This document shows positions 48,901-60,800 of a stretch of DNA of 64,000 nt, in pieces. The stretch's first letter is position 1, and each line of letters begins with the position of its first letter. The DNA is from Adineta vaga. Its lineage: Eukaryota > Animalia > Rotifera. The notes below the pieces were generated by a model that was not told the origin of the DNA, made no database searches, and saw only the letters and a list, made by a program, of their open reading frames with translations. Made by a program: the position numbers and the translations under genes. The stretch lies in contig CP075492.1 of the NCBI GenBank assembly GCA_021613535.1, positions 12,338,001 through 12,402,000 of the forward strand, read 5' to 3'.

Positions 48901-51900
48901 TGTTTTTAGTTGTGCGGATATCAATGAATGTCGAACAAAACCAGGAATTTGTGGCAATGGTGGACGATGTTTGAATACCTATGGATCCTATTCGTGTTTT
49001 TGTAAAGCAGGTTTTCATGGTAAGAATTGTGAATATTTCAATCCATGTCGATCAGTTCCTTGTATAAATGGTGGAACTTGTATGATAAATGAAAGTTATC
49101 CATATTGGCAATGTCATTGTCCAACATTGTATACTGGTTCGTATATCGAATAACAAACAAACTCTATTTTCATTACAATTCTTTTAGGTTCACATTGTGA
49201 AACACCATTACGTCGTTGTTCATCAAATCCATGTAGAACAGGAGTTTGTATTGATCTTCCCAACGATCAATATCAATGTCAATGTTCAGCTGGAATTACA
49301 GGTGTACATTGCGATACACCATTATTACCATGTGATTCGAATCCATGTTTAAATAATTCAACATGTTTAACATTATCATTAACAAATTATACATGTGTAT
49401 GTCCACCAGGATATATGGGTGCAAAATGTTCCGAACGTCGAACATTATGTTCGAAAAATTCTTGCCAAGCAAATGCAAAATGTATTGTTGATCAAAGAAA
49501 AGGTGAAGAAATTTGTCAATGTCCAGTTGGACGCTATGGAATTCAGTAAGCTTGAAAAGAAAAAAAATGTATCACTTAATAGAAATGATTATTTCCTAGT
49601 TGTGAATTTATTTCGGCATGTGGAATGAATCCATGTGTACAAGGGACATGTCAAAATAAAAATCAAACAACTTTTCAATGTATATGTAATCCTGGATATA
49701 CTGGTAACTAAAACATTTCTTCGTATTGATCAAGTGATGTTTTTTTTTCATTGTTTAGGTAGGATATGTGATACTTCATTAGATGTTTGTGAAACAAATC
49801 CTTGTAAGTCATTTTTTTGTTAATTAATTCTCAAAATCATTGATACAATCGAATAGGTTTGAACGGTGGAGTATGTTCAAATCTTGGTCAAGGTTCCTCA
49901 GTTTGTTCTTGTCCAGTAGGATTCTCTGGTAATTTTCTATTCATTTTCAAATGGTTGCGACTATCATCGATCCCTTTTTTTTTCTTCTTTTTAGGCTCCG
50001 ATTGTAGTGTTCCACATTGTCTTAAAAACAGTTGTTTCAATAATGGTATTTGTTCTATTCAAAATAATTCTCTTCAATGTCAATGTCCATGTGGATTCAC
50101 TGGTAACATCAAATTTTGTCTCGAGAAGAAAACTAAAACTTATAAATAAAACACTTTCTATTCATTAAAGGATCTCGTTGTGAAACACCATATGATGTTT
50201 GTTCGTTAACTGTCTGTCAAAATAATGGTACTCGTTTTCTGAATATAACTCAATGTCAATGTTCATGTTTATGTCCTTCGACATTTACTGGTCATCTTTG
50301 TCAACAACCAGTTATAACAAATGATCGAACATATTCAGGACAAATTGCTATTCCAATCAATCGTTCTCGAGGTAAAGAAGAATGCATTTGTATTTCATCA
50401 TTAAAATCATCCTTAAATCTTTAGGATCACTCTGGGAAAGTGTTTTACAATGTATAGATCAAGTATGGAATAATCTCAATGTTTTGCTTGGTAAATAATT
50501 TCCTTTTGAACGTTAATCATTTTTTTACTAAGAAAATACTATTCTAGTTTGTCCATCATCATTTTCTCTTGTTACTCCAACAACATTCTATCCATATTGT
50601 TATCGAATTAATCAACAAAATTTTCTTAAAAATCAAAAACAAGCATTTCAAGAATGTGAACAACAAAAAACACAACTTGTTTGGTTTCAATCTATTGATG
50701 AATTAGAACAACAATTGTTACCAGCTCTATCATCACATGGATTAACACGAGGTTAGTTTGAAAATACTTTATCAATATACTTGCTCAATTATTATGGAAA
50801 ATGAAAAACTATATAACTATTATTTTTCAATTTAGATTTTTGGACAAGTGGAATCTATGATTCGAAATCTCAACGATGGCAATGGTTATTATCAAACAAT
50901 AATACACGAATGGATCTTGATCCATCTATAGTTTCACATTTTGGAATCAATTCTGATCATGAATCACTCTATGTTTCATTCAATCAATCCACAAATCAAC
51001 GTTTAACAACAAGTCCATCCTTCGAAACATATTCAACAATATGTAAAATATCAGCAACAAATCTTCTATTCAATAATCAAACACGTTCTATTGAACTTAT
51101 TTCTCATCAAACGACACTTAATAATCAGTAAGTCAAAAAGAAAATATATATTTACAAGCATAATTCTTATCGCTATGACAATTATTTCTCTTAGATCGGA
51201 AGTAATTGTCTATAATTTTAATTACACAATTCTTCCAACTATTCATTTCAATACACCTATTCAACAACCAACAGATGCTCATTACGCTGCTATGTGTGGT
51301 GCTATTGGCAATCCATCGCCTTCCGTTGAACCATATACAATTGATATTTGTGGATATTTTTCAACAATTACAGATCGAAATGTACAATTATTAATGGAAA
51401 CAATTGGAACATACTATTCAACTCGACGAGTATCTATTACATCAATACGTAAGTTTTTCCTATACCAATCAACATCCGTATTGATATTTTTTCTCATCAC
51501 TAATAGAACCATATGCCGCTGTTCCATTAACTGTTGAACATTACACAACTATTGCTGGTAATATGATGACACGAATTAAATTTATAATAACTAGTGGATC
51601 ATCATTAATTCTTGGTTCAAATATTGAACCATTAGCATCAATGAATGATATGTTAAATACCATTCCATATCGATCTTATCAGCAATGTATTCCATATATA
51701 CCTTTAAATATTCTTCTACAATTAAAATTATGTATTCCAATTCATGAAATTTCTTCATGGATCAATTCGATTACAAAAGCTGTTTCAGTGGCAACTGGAC
51801 AATTGAATGTTAATATTATGTTGAAAGGTGTTCAAGAAGGTGTTACAACTACTGGGTAAATTACTTTCTTTTTTTTCGAAATGAAAATTAATAAAAAAAT

Positions 51901-54900
51901 TTGATCTTTTATGTTTTCTTTTAGTCAACCAGCAAATATTGCCTATTTCTTAGTAACAATCAATGGAATAACATCGAATCAAACATGGAATACTAATTTA
52001 TCAATGAATTCAATTCTTCTCTCAACTATTCAACAAGAAAATGACAAATTATTATGTTCAAAAGATACATATATACTTTCATTAGAGCATAGTATTCGAA
52101 ATTTTTATGTTCCATGTTCCATTCCACAAATGTAAGTAATTCTTAGGAAAAACTATCGATTATTGATCAATTTATTGTAGTCTTGAAAAACAATTGAATA
52201 ATGCATTACAACAAGCAGGCATTTATACAATAAATCTAGTTATACATGGTAATGATGAAGCTGTTGATGATCTTGGGTAAGTTAATCTTTTCAAGATATA
52301 TCTCATTTGATTTTATCTGTATATTAGACAAATATATCATTTACCAAATATATTCCTTCAACATATCAATGGTACATGGTTAGATAGTTCATTTGAATTA
52401 AACAATCAACTTTATGAAATATTAATTGCAAATCAATTACAACGATTAACAACTAATGTTTATCGATTATCGAAAGCATATTCTTATTTTTATGCTAATC
52501 CTCTTTCAGAAAATGATCGTGATTATCTTCAAAATCTAATTCTTACTCTATACAATCAACGAAGTAAAAACAATTCATTTTTTTTTCTTCTTCAATTAAC
52601 TTTCATCTTTTTCTAGATACGATTGCTGGTAATCATATTGAAATTATCTATGAAGATTTATATCGAAATTTAACATCAATGCAATCTATTCGTCGAGTTT
52701 ATCTATTCATTTTCCATGATGATGAAGTACTGGATGGAAGATATTTATCATCGATAGTTTTATCAAAGACACAAATTAGTCATATTCAAAATCCATTGAA
52801 TTACATATCGAATCAAATTCCAATCAATCTAATTAAACAACGTGATATTCAACATATAACATTTTCAGGCAAAATTCATCAACCTATTGCAGAAAGAATC
52901 TTACAAGATTATTGGCAAAATCCAATGAAACAAGGATTAAGCAATGCAAAAGTTATAATCCTACGATTACAAGAATATCTTGCCTATTCATCAAAGTAAT
53001 TTCGAAGTTTTTTCACTAAAAATTTTCATGTCTTTCAATGTTTTGTTTTTAGACAATTCTATACTACAATAACATATATTGTTACAACTACAGATGATAA
53101 GTCAATTCCAAATACATGTTTTGATTCAAATTTAATCGAAACAATGGATAATTTATGTAATACACAGAATACGTACTTAGCAAAAGTACCCGATGGATAT
53201 ATTCCATCATTTATTGATTTGAAAGGCATTCATTCACAAGTTCAACTTGAACAAGATAAATTTGATATATTAATTAGTTTAGCATTACAAAGAATGGATA
53301 TTACTGGCAAAGGTAAATCGATATAGAAAAGAACTAATCAAATCATATCTCTTTTATTTAGCTTCATCGATATTAACGGAAACACGATTCGGATTGGATA
53401 TGTCAACAATTACACGAGTTTATTATATGGTTCTACCTGATCAAATGATTCTACAAGAACAAATACAAGAACAACTTAGAGTAAAATCTTATTCAAAATG
53501 TTCTATTTCTTCTTTTACATTCTATCTTTTCTTATTTAGTTTGTTTTCTCAGCAATACAAACACTTACATATCAATTGTATCCATCTGATCAAGTAACTC
53601 TTGCACATGATGATACTCATGAATATATTGCTAATATTTCATTACCAATTACGGATTCTATTCGAAATGAAATCGAAAAACAATTAACATCATGCAATCC
53701 ACGTATGTATTCTCATTCATTAAATTCTAATTGATGTATTCATTATTACTTTTTTAGAATATGGTAAAGCAAGAATTGTTTATTTTGAATCAATCAATTC
53801 CTATCAAACACATTTTTATTTAACAGTAAGTCGAAAAACTGAATCAAACCTATTTCATTTATATTTATATTTTTTAGTTCATTAATGAAACACAATTGTT
53901 GACACGATGTGATTTTTCATTGTATTATCCAGATATGGATACTTATCAAGCCGAATATTTGGGTATCAACAGTCATTATCTCGATCGATCGACTTTTCTT
54001 ATTCAATCTGCATCACTTATTGAGAATATTAAACAACTACGGACGAATGATACTTCTCATGTCTCGATAGAATTACAAAAACAAACTCAATATATTTGTT
54101 CAGATGGGTATGTTTAATGCTAACGAATGAAATCTGTAAGTTTAAATGACATTTATACTTTAGAAAACGATCTGTACGAATTGATTATCATGTACAAAAT
54201 CATTCATTGCCAATAAATGTAATAACTGGAAAATATCCTAATAACTGTACTGCCTACCCCATTCATTCTCTCTATCTTATTGAACCACGTCCATCACATC
54301 GACAAATTTATGATGCCTTAACAGCTGCTTGGCGACAATCGAATAGTAATCATTACTTCTATATCTTAAAAATCTTCTCATTTCTTTTTCTAGATAATTA
54401 TCCAATCAATATTTCCTCGGATTTCTTCATAGATTCATCTTATTTAACAAATAAAAAGTAATGTTTTTCTTCTCTATCTTTTCTCGTTTCATCCTGTTTT
54501 TTTTTCTAAATTTCTAGTCAAACATTAACACGTTTAATCTATACAATTAATTCCAATTCAATTCGATTTCTATCACCATTGATAACTTCAATTAATTTAC
54601 CGAATATTTATACGAACATTCCATACAAACGATATGCAATTTTTCTTGAAAATAAAGCTTCTAATTCAACTATGTTATCAATCATTAATACAGCATTGAG
54701 ACGTAGTTGGTCAATGGCAAATAGTTATCTTTTTTCAGCAAGCGATCTATCCGTACCATCAATGAATACGATTCTATCGAAGTATGTATTTTGTTTCTTT
54801 AAAGAAATATTCTAAATTGTTGTTGACCTTTAGAAATGAACAAATGAGACTTGATTATTTAATTGGTTTATATTCGAATGATATCGGTGATTATTCTCCA

Positions 54901-55573
54901 CCATCGGAACAAATCTATTCACAAATATTTAATGCAACTGGTTTAGAAACATTCATTCAACTTCGTTATATACCACGAAGTAGTGGCGATACTATACTTA
55001 ATGATGATCAAATTTCATTCTTTCCATTCGGTACACGATCTGATGGACATATCTATGGAGTAAATAGTATCAATAGGAAATAATTCTCATCTTATTTCGT
55101 TTTCTTTTTCTTTTTTCTAGCTTGATTGGTGGGTTATTTTAGTTATTATTATTGCTATCTTAGCTACATGGTTAGTTTTATGTTTAATTTGTTATATTTG
55201 CTTTCGTAAACGGTAAGATTAAGAAAATATCTCAGTTCTCATATATGAACTTTTGTTCAACTCTAGATCTACAAAACAATATCATCATAAAATTTCAAAG
55301 CAATCATCAAGACGAGTCGATGTTCTTGCTCGTGAACAAGATCATTATCTACGTCCATCATTGTCTTCCTTAGCCTTCGATGGACCATATGCTGAATCAG
55401 TCGATTCATCTGTTGATGATCATCAACGTATTTCTGTTCGAACAATGTCTTCCCATCCTGAATTACAAGTTCGTCGTTTATCTGAACAAGATTGGCCACA
55501 TTTTGCTATGAATAATCCTTATGGTTTATCATCACTTCTTTCGGACACAACAAATTCCAGTCGTCCTTTATAA
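39901..55573 (+). CDS. Giant Notch-ligand-like type I membrane protein: SP - MNNL/C2 - DSL - 2 EGF - DSL - ~60 EGF - C-type lectin - repeated stalk - TM - cytoplasmic tail
   Basis: Signal exon 39901-39960; MNNL-like LLQFHNPTGITINGRCCDG...CNLHTIVCL; DSL motifs at ~41212-41343 and ~41779-41913; ~65 EGF repeats by manual count (~41440-50305); CTL-like CP...YCY...AFQECE...LV...FWTSG...WQW at ~50548-51050; TM WWVILVIIIAILATWLVLCLICYICF-RKR at ~55121-55212; stop at 55571-55573. One -1 frameshift at ~46987. Confidence 0.88.
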
Positions 55574-57842
55574 TCTTGTTTTACAACATTTTTAGTATTA
55601 ATTTCAGAAGAAAACAGCATGAAAATCTAAATTAACTGTGATTATGTGAAAGAAAATATATTATTAGAACTGAGTATTAAAATTTTTGATGTAAGATAAT
55701 ATGTTTGTGTCTTTTGATTGAATATTTTTTTTGCTTTTCGTTTGTTTAACAAAATCAAATAATAAAATTATTCACATCAATTAATTAAAAAAAGAAATAT
55801 TTTATTGACTAGAAAAGAATTAACGATGATTATATTTAATCATATCCAAAGTTTAAATAATCAAAAGTCATCGGTGGTCTTTGTAATTGTTTTTCTTTTC
55901 GATGTTCTTCAACTAATGGCCAGAGACAACAGCCCTAAAAAAGAGAATGATCAATTCGAAGAATTCGCTTTTGTTCTCACTCACCAAGAGAATTAATGTA
56001 CAAACGACAATGACAACACAGATTACAACGATACCGAAAATAATGAATGCTGAAGTCATACTTTTTTCCTTGATAGTGATTGAGTATTATACTGATGAGA
56101 AGGTTAGGAGAGATAGTTTTTTCTTCATTTTTACCTTATGATGATTCGTTTTAAAGGGCACGTGCTATAAGAAAAAAAATCACCAAACAACAGAACGAAT
56201 AAATAAATAACATTGCCTTTTATATTTTGTGATCTATTTGCTTTCTATATGAATGACTGTAGACGATACCTATTCAACATGATTGTCACATATATATGTA
56301 CACAAACTAGTATAACGTGATCAATTGATGTTGATTTTGTTCGTGTGAGAAGAATGATTTTTGTATATAAATTGTACACACGTGTGATTAACTATAGTCC
56401 ATATGATCATTACACGGAACCTTTTTTTTTTGGATTAGAAATAATAATCTTCTCAGAAGTTCAAATTGTCAGAGCTAATAAAATTATACTTCAGTGTTTT
56501 TTGTTGATGGTCAAGACATGTGTGTTAAAGAGCATATATTCGAATAAATTATCGACTACTTCCAGTGCAAAAGTTCCTGCTTGTTGCTTAAATTTCAAAG
56601 TGAAGTGATAGATTCTCCCTATGAAACAATACATATACACACATTGAATGCTCGTTGTAATTAAATAATAACATTTGTTACAGGCATTTATACAAACATG
56701 CCTTCACATACTCTTCTTCAACTGTTTCTCTTATCTTCTATACACATTCTTTTTCATATCGTTTCGAGTGAAGAAATCGCTAATAACATCGTAATGTATT
56801 ATAAAAAATTGACATGAACTTCATGAACAACTTCACAAAGCGATTCTATTATTTGTTAATTCATGGAATGAAAGAATGATCGAAGAAAAAACTTTGTAAG
56901 ATTTTTTCCCACAAATTCACTTGGTAGCCAGATAAGTTTTTGACGCCAGATGTCGGTATCTCAGTAAAAATGGTGCTCGCAAGATGATGGTAGACAGATT
57001 TAAAAAATAAAATTACGATTAAAGTCGTTACTCGAAAAGTAGATAAAAGGTGACACGAGACATTCTTATATAGACAGACGTACACATAATAATAACACAC
57101 AGAACTTTCCTTCTCTTTTATTTTTAACTGCACTTATTTTTCTTTAAATATACGGTCTGTGGTAGACGAAGGTTTATTTTTCATACTGATGGCAATGCTT
57201 TTTTTTGTTTTCGGTTTGATTTATTTCGAATTAGATGTAACTAAATTTGAGAATTTTCTCCCAGTTAATATTTTCTTCTCTTAGTAAGATGTAATATATT
57301 CAAAACATAAATTCATCAAATGTTGTCCACGAGAGTTTTATTCATGTTACTAAGTAACGAGTTCATATTTCCCAGTTGTTTGCTTATAGACAGAATCAGT
57401 TAATCGAAGTTTCATTGTATATTACGTAGTACATATATATTGCAATAGGTAATCATAAAAATGATCTGTTGTATTAAACAATCGTTAATTTTCAACATCT
57501 ATGTTTATAAGCAGTTGACGAATAACTTTTATTAACTGTAATAAGGAAACAGAATGCAGGATACTTAAGAAAAAATGTGTTTTTTTTACACCTTCTTTGC
57601 ATTTCCAAAATAACATAAAGAGTATGGCAGTTTATGAAAGAAAAAGACAAGTCAGTCACTGAGGTTTACAAATACATTCTTAGATAGGGGTTCCATTTTA
57701 CTTTTAGAATAGAGATCTCCCGAAATCATATTATACAGATTACTAGCTTTAGAAATGAAAATGATGAATCGCTCAGATCTTCACAAACTTTTGCTCAAAT
57801 ATTAAATATTATTTTTCACTTATTCTAGATTAGATCTGCCAA

Positions 57843-60800
57843 GTGATATATATGCCTTTATTTAATAGATTCCTTAAGTTGGTTTCTAGCTTATTGAATA
57901 CGGAAAGAAGAGTATCGGAATCTGCAGCTCGATTAGTACAAGTATTCGATGACAGCAATGGGGATCAAGCATTCTTTGATCTTATTTATGCAAGTTTTGA
58001 GAGCTATGACGAGTCGAATCGATGTCAAAAGAACGAACATTTTACGGCAGATATTGATCTTATTATACAATGCACAATAGAAAGTCTGAATGATCCGGAA
58101 CTTTCGATTGTATTTCCACGACGAATTGATGCATACTTTTATATATATCGTCGAATAAAAGAATATATTCAACTCAATAAGAAGCCTGAATATCAAATGG
58201 AAAGCTTGCATAACAGCTTTCGAGAGAAACTCTGTGATACGTTTCAATCAACACAAGGTCTACATCCAATTCTATGCGTAATAGATAGGGATGTAATTAG
58301 AAAAATAGATGTTCAAGAACATTTGTCTCTAATCAAAGAGATTAATGATACTCAGACATTAATTATATTCTTATGTCTTTGTAAATTATCTTTCCAATCG
58401 CTTTATCAGTGGTCAATGGATATCATGATCCTCTATTGTGGAGAGATGTTTTATCGCAAATCCACCGTTGGCATATCCTCTTGAAGGATTTCCTTCAAGT
58501 TTATCTTCAATACAAACAAGCATTCGAATTGTATCCACTCGATGAATCAGGTTTCGTATATCTTGTTCAGGCGATGCATCCTCCGAAGAGCTGTCTAGTA
58601 TCGTCATTTGGATTTATCGTCGATGCGCTCGACAAACTAAATTTGAATCACAGGACATTCTTTCTTCAATATCGACCTTTATTTCAAGATGGACTAAGAA
58701 ATAATTTATATGAATATTCACACGTTGTCTCACTGCTCTCAATGTTAAGTTGTCGGGATGACTTACATGAACAATATTTATCAATTTTTATGTCAAATTT
58801 GTCCCAAAGCGATCTATGGAAGAGATTTTTACTCATAAGCGAAAAGGGTGATATAAATGAAGTAGCACAAAAACATTTGACTACCATTTTAACACAGCGA
58901 ATGCAAAATGTACCAGTCGAAGAATTTATACGATACTCTAAATCTGTTAAAATTGATTTAAACTCTATTAAAGAAGGAAATCGACCATATTTCTTAAAAG
59001 TGTCTGAAGCGGTAACTTATGCTTTTCTGAATAAACAACTTAACGATGATTCATATCGATATAAACTCTCGGAAGGAAATTTAAAAGAGTTGGTTAATAT
59101 TACTCACGACCTCGCATCAATACATGGTCTTCTCAATCGATCGTATATACTTGTAATTCAATATTTACTATTTCGATCAGACGAGCATGTAAAACTAAAA
59201 CCAAAAAAGATCAAACGTATTTTTGATAAGCTAAATGATCTAAGTCAAGGATTGCACGCCACAGATGATTTGGTTAATATTATTCAAGATGACTGTTTAA
59301 GTGATCATCTTATTAATATTCCTCAAGAATGGATGAGAGTGTCACCATATGATTATGAGAGTCTCTGTACGAGTCATCGCAATAATAGTTTGTCAATTCA
59401 TATTTGGTCAAGAATTGTATGGCTGAGTCTTTCTAAAATAGACGCTGTGAAATGGAATGAAATTCTCATAGAATTAAACAAATGGTTAATTAGTGTTAAA
59501 CATCAAGTTTTTGATGAGACCGACATCCTGACAATTATATTCATCAAGAATGTATTCGAGTTCATGATTACTAGACAAACGAAATCTATATTATCTTTTT
59601 CGAATATTGAATCAATACTTCAGTATATTCTAAAGATTAAAGAGAAAGCACCAAGTCAAATAGACGCAAAATTAATTGATGATTTTGTTGAACGTGCAAA
59701 ACAATCAGTTGCTGACGTTCTATTATTGAATGGTAAGTGTAATTCTCAATATTCCGTTGTATCTGAGAGTATTCTAAATAAATAAGATAATAGTTTCAAT
59801 ACGCTACATTTCCTTAGTCAGAATGACCGAAACAGAACGCATATATAGCATATTCGCTATAACGTATTATATGTGAATCATAAACTTTCAGAATAGTCAG
59901 TTAAATAGATTCCCTGGCATAACGATATAATGTATGTTCTTGAAAGCTAAATAATATTTTCAATACATAGTACGTATCTTATTATATATGATGATAAACC
60001 GCCTTTTTTTGTTATTAGGAACACGTACGATATATTTGGAATTGTCGGATAAGTCAATCGCTTATCAATTTCTTCCTCAAATTGATTTGAATAACATTCT
60101 CACTTCACAAGATCCTCAAAAATATAAATTTCCTATTACAAGTAACCCAATCAATTGTATCATGTCAGTTTCAAAACCAGATGATATCGACATCATCCAA
60201 ACTGACACAAGAGATCAATACTTTCTTCGTTTTATCGAACAAGTAACTGCATGGATACGATGGTTTGATCAATTTATCGATATTTTTCAATATGTGATCG
60301 AACGCTTCATAGCATGGAAAATGGAAGGCGCTGAGCAATTATTTAAAGATATACATACGATTAAACACGATCCAGAAACTACCCTGACTAAGATGAAAAC
60401 TATAATTCAACAGCTACTAAAAATATTCAATGCATTCGATAATTTACATCGTTTATGCGATTTATTTGATTTTCTAAAACCATTTCAAATTATTTGTAAC
60501 GGTGCATTGAGTCATCGAGGTCAATTTAAATCTCATATGGAAGATATTCAAAAATCCTTTCCTAATAATACGTTTACAGTGAATGGAAGAACTCAGGAAC
60601 AAAAATGTTTACCTATTTATGAGCATCGACATGTTCATTGGTCAGTTGCTTGTACAGAGCATCATTGTAATATAAAAGTAGAATATCGATTACAAAATAT
60701 TTCGAATCAAATTCACGAGTTGTACAACGAAAAAGATGTTATGATTGACAAAAATTATCTTTATGGTGAATTCAAAACACAACATTCTGGTCAATTAGTG

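Noticed and set aside
43603-49478. Antisense and alternate-frame ORFs overlapping the EGF exons
   Set aside because: They are by-products of the biased codon usage of Cys/Asn-rich repeats and show no independent coding signal.
39901-55573. Calling the EGF-rich gene Notch, Crumbs or fibropellin
   Set aside because: It has no LNR, NOD or ankyrin repeats, no laminin-G domains or ERLI tail, and no CUB/avidin domains. It has MNNL and DSL instead.
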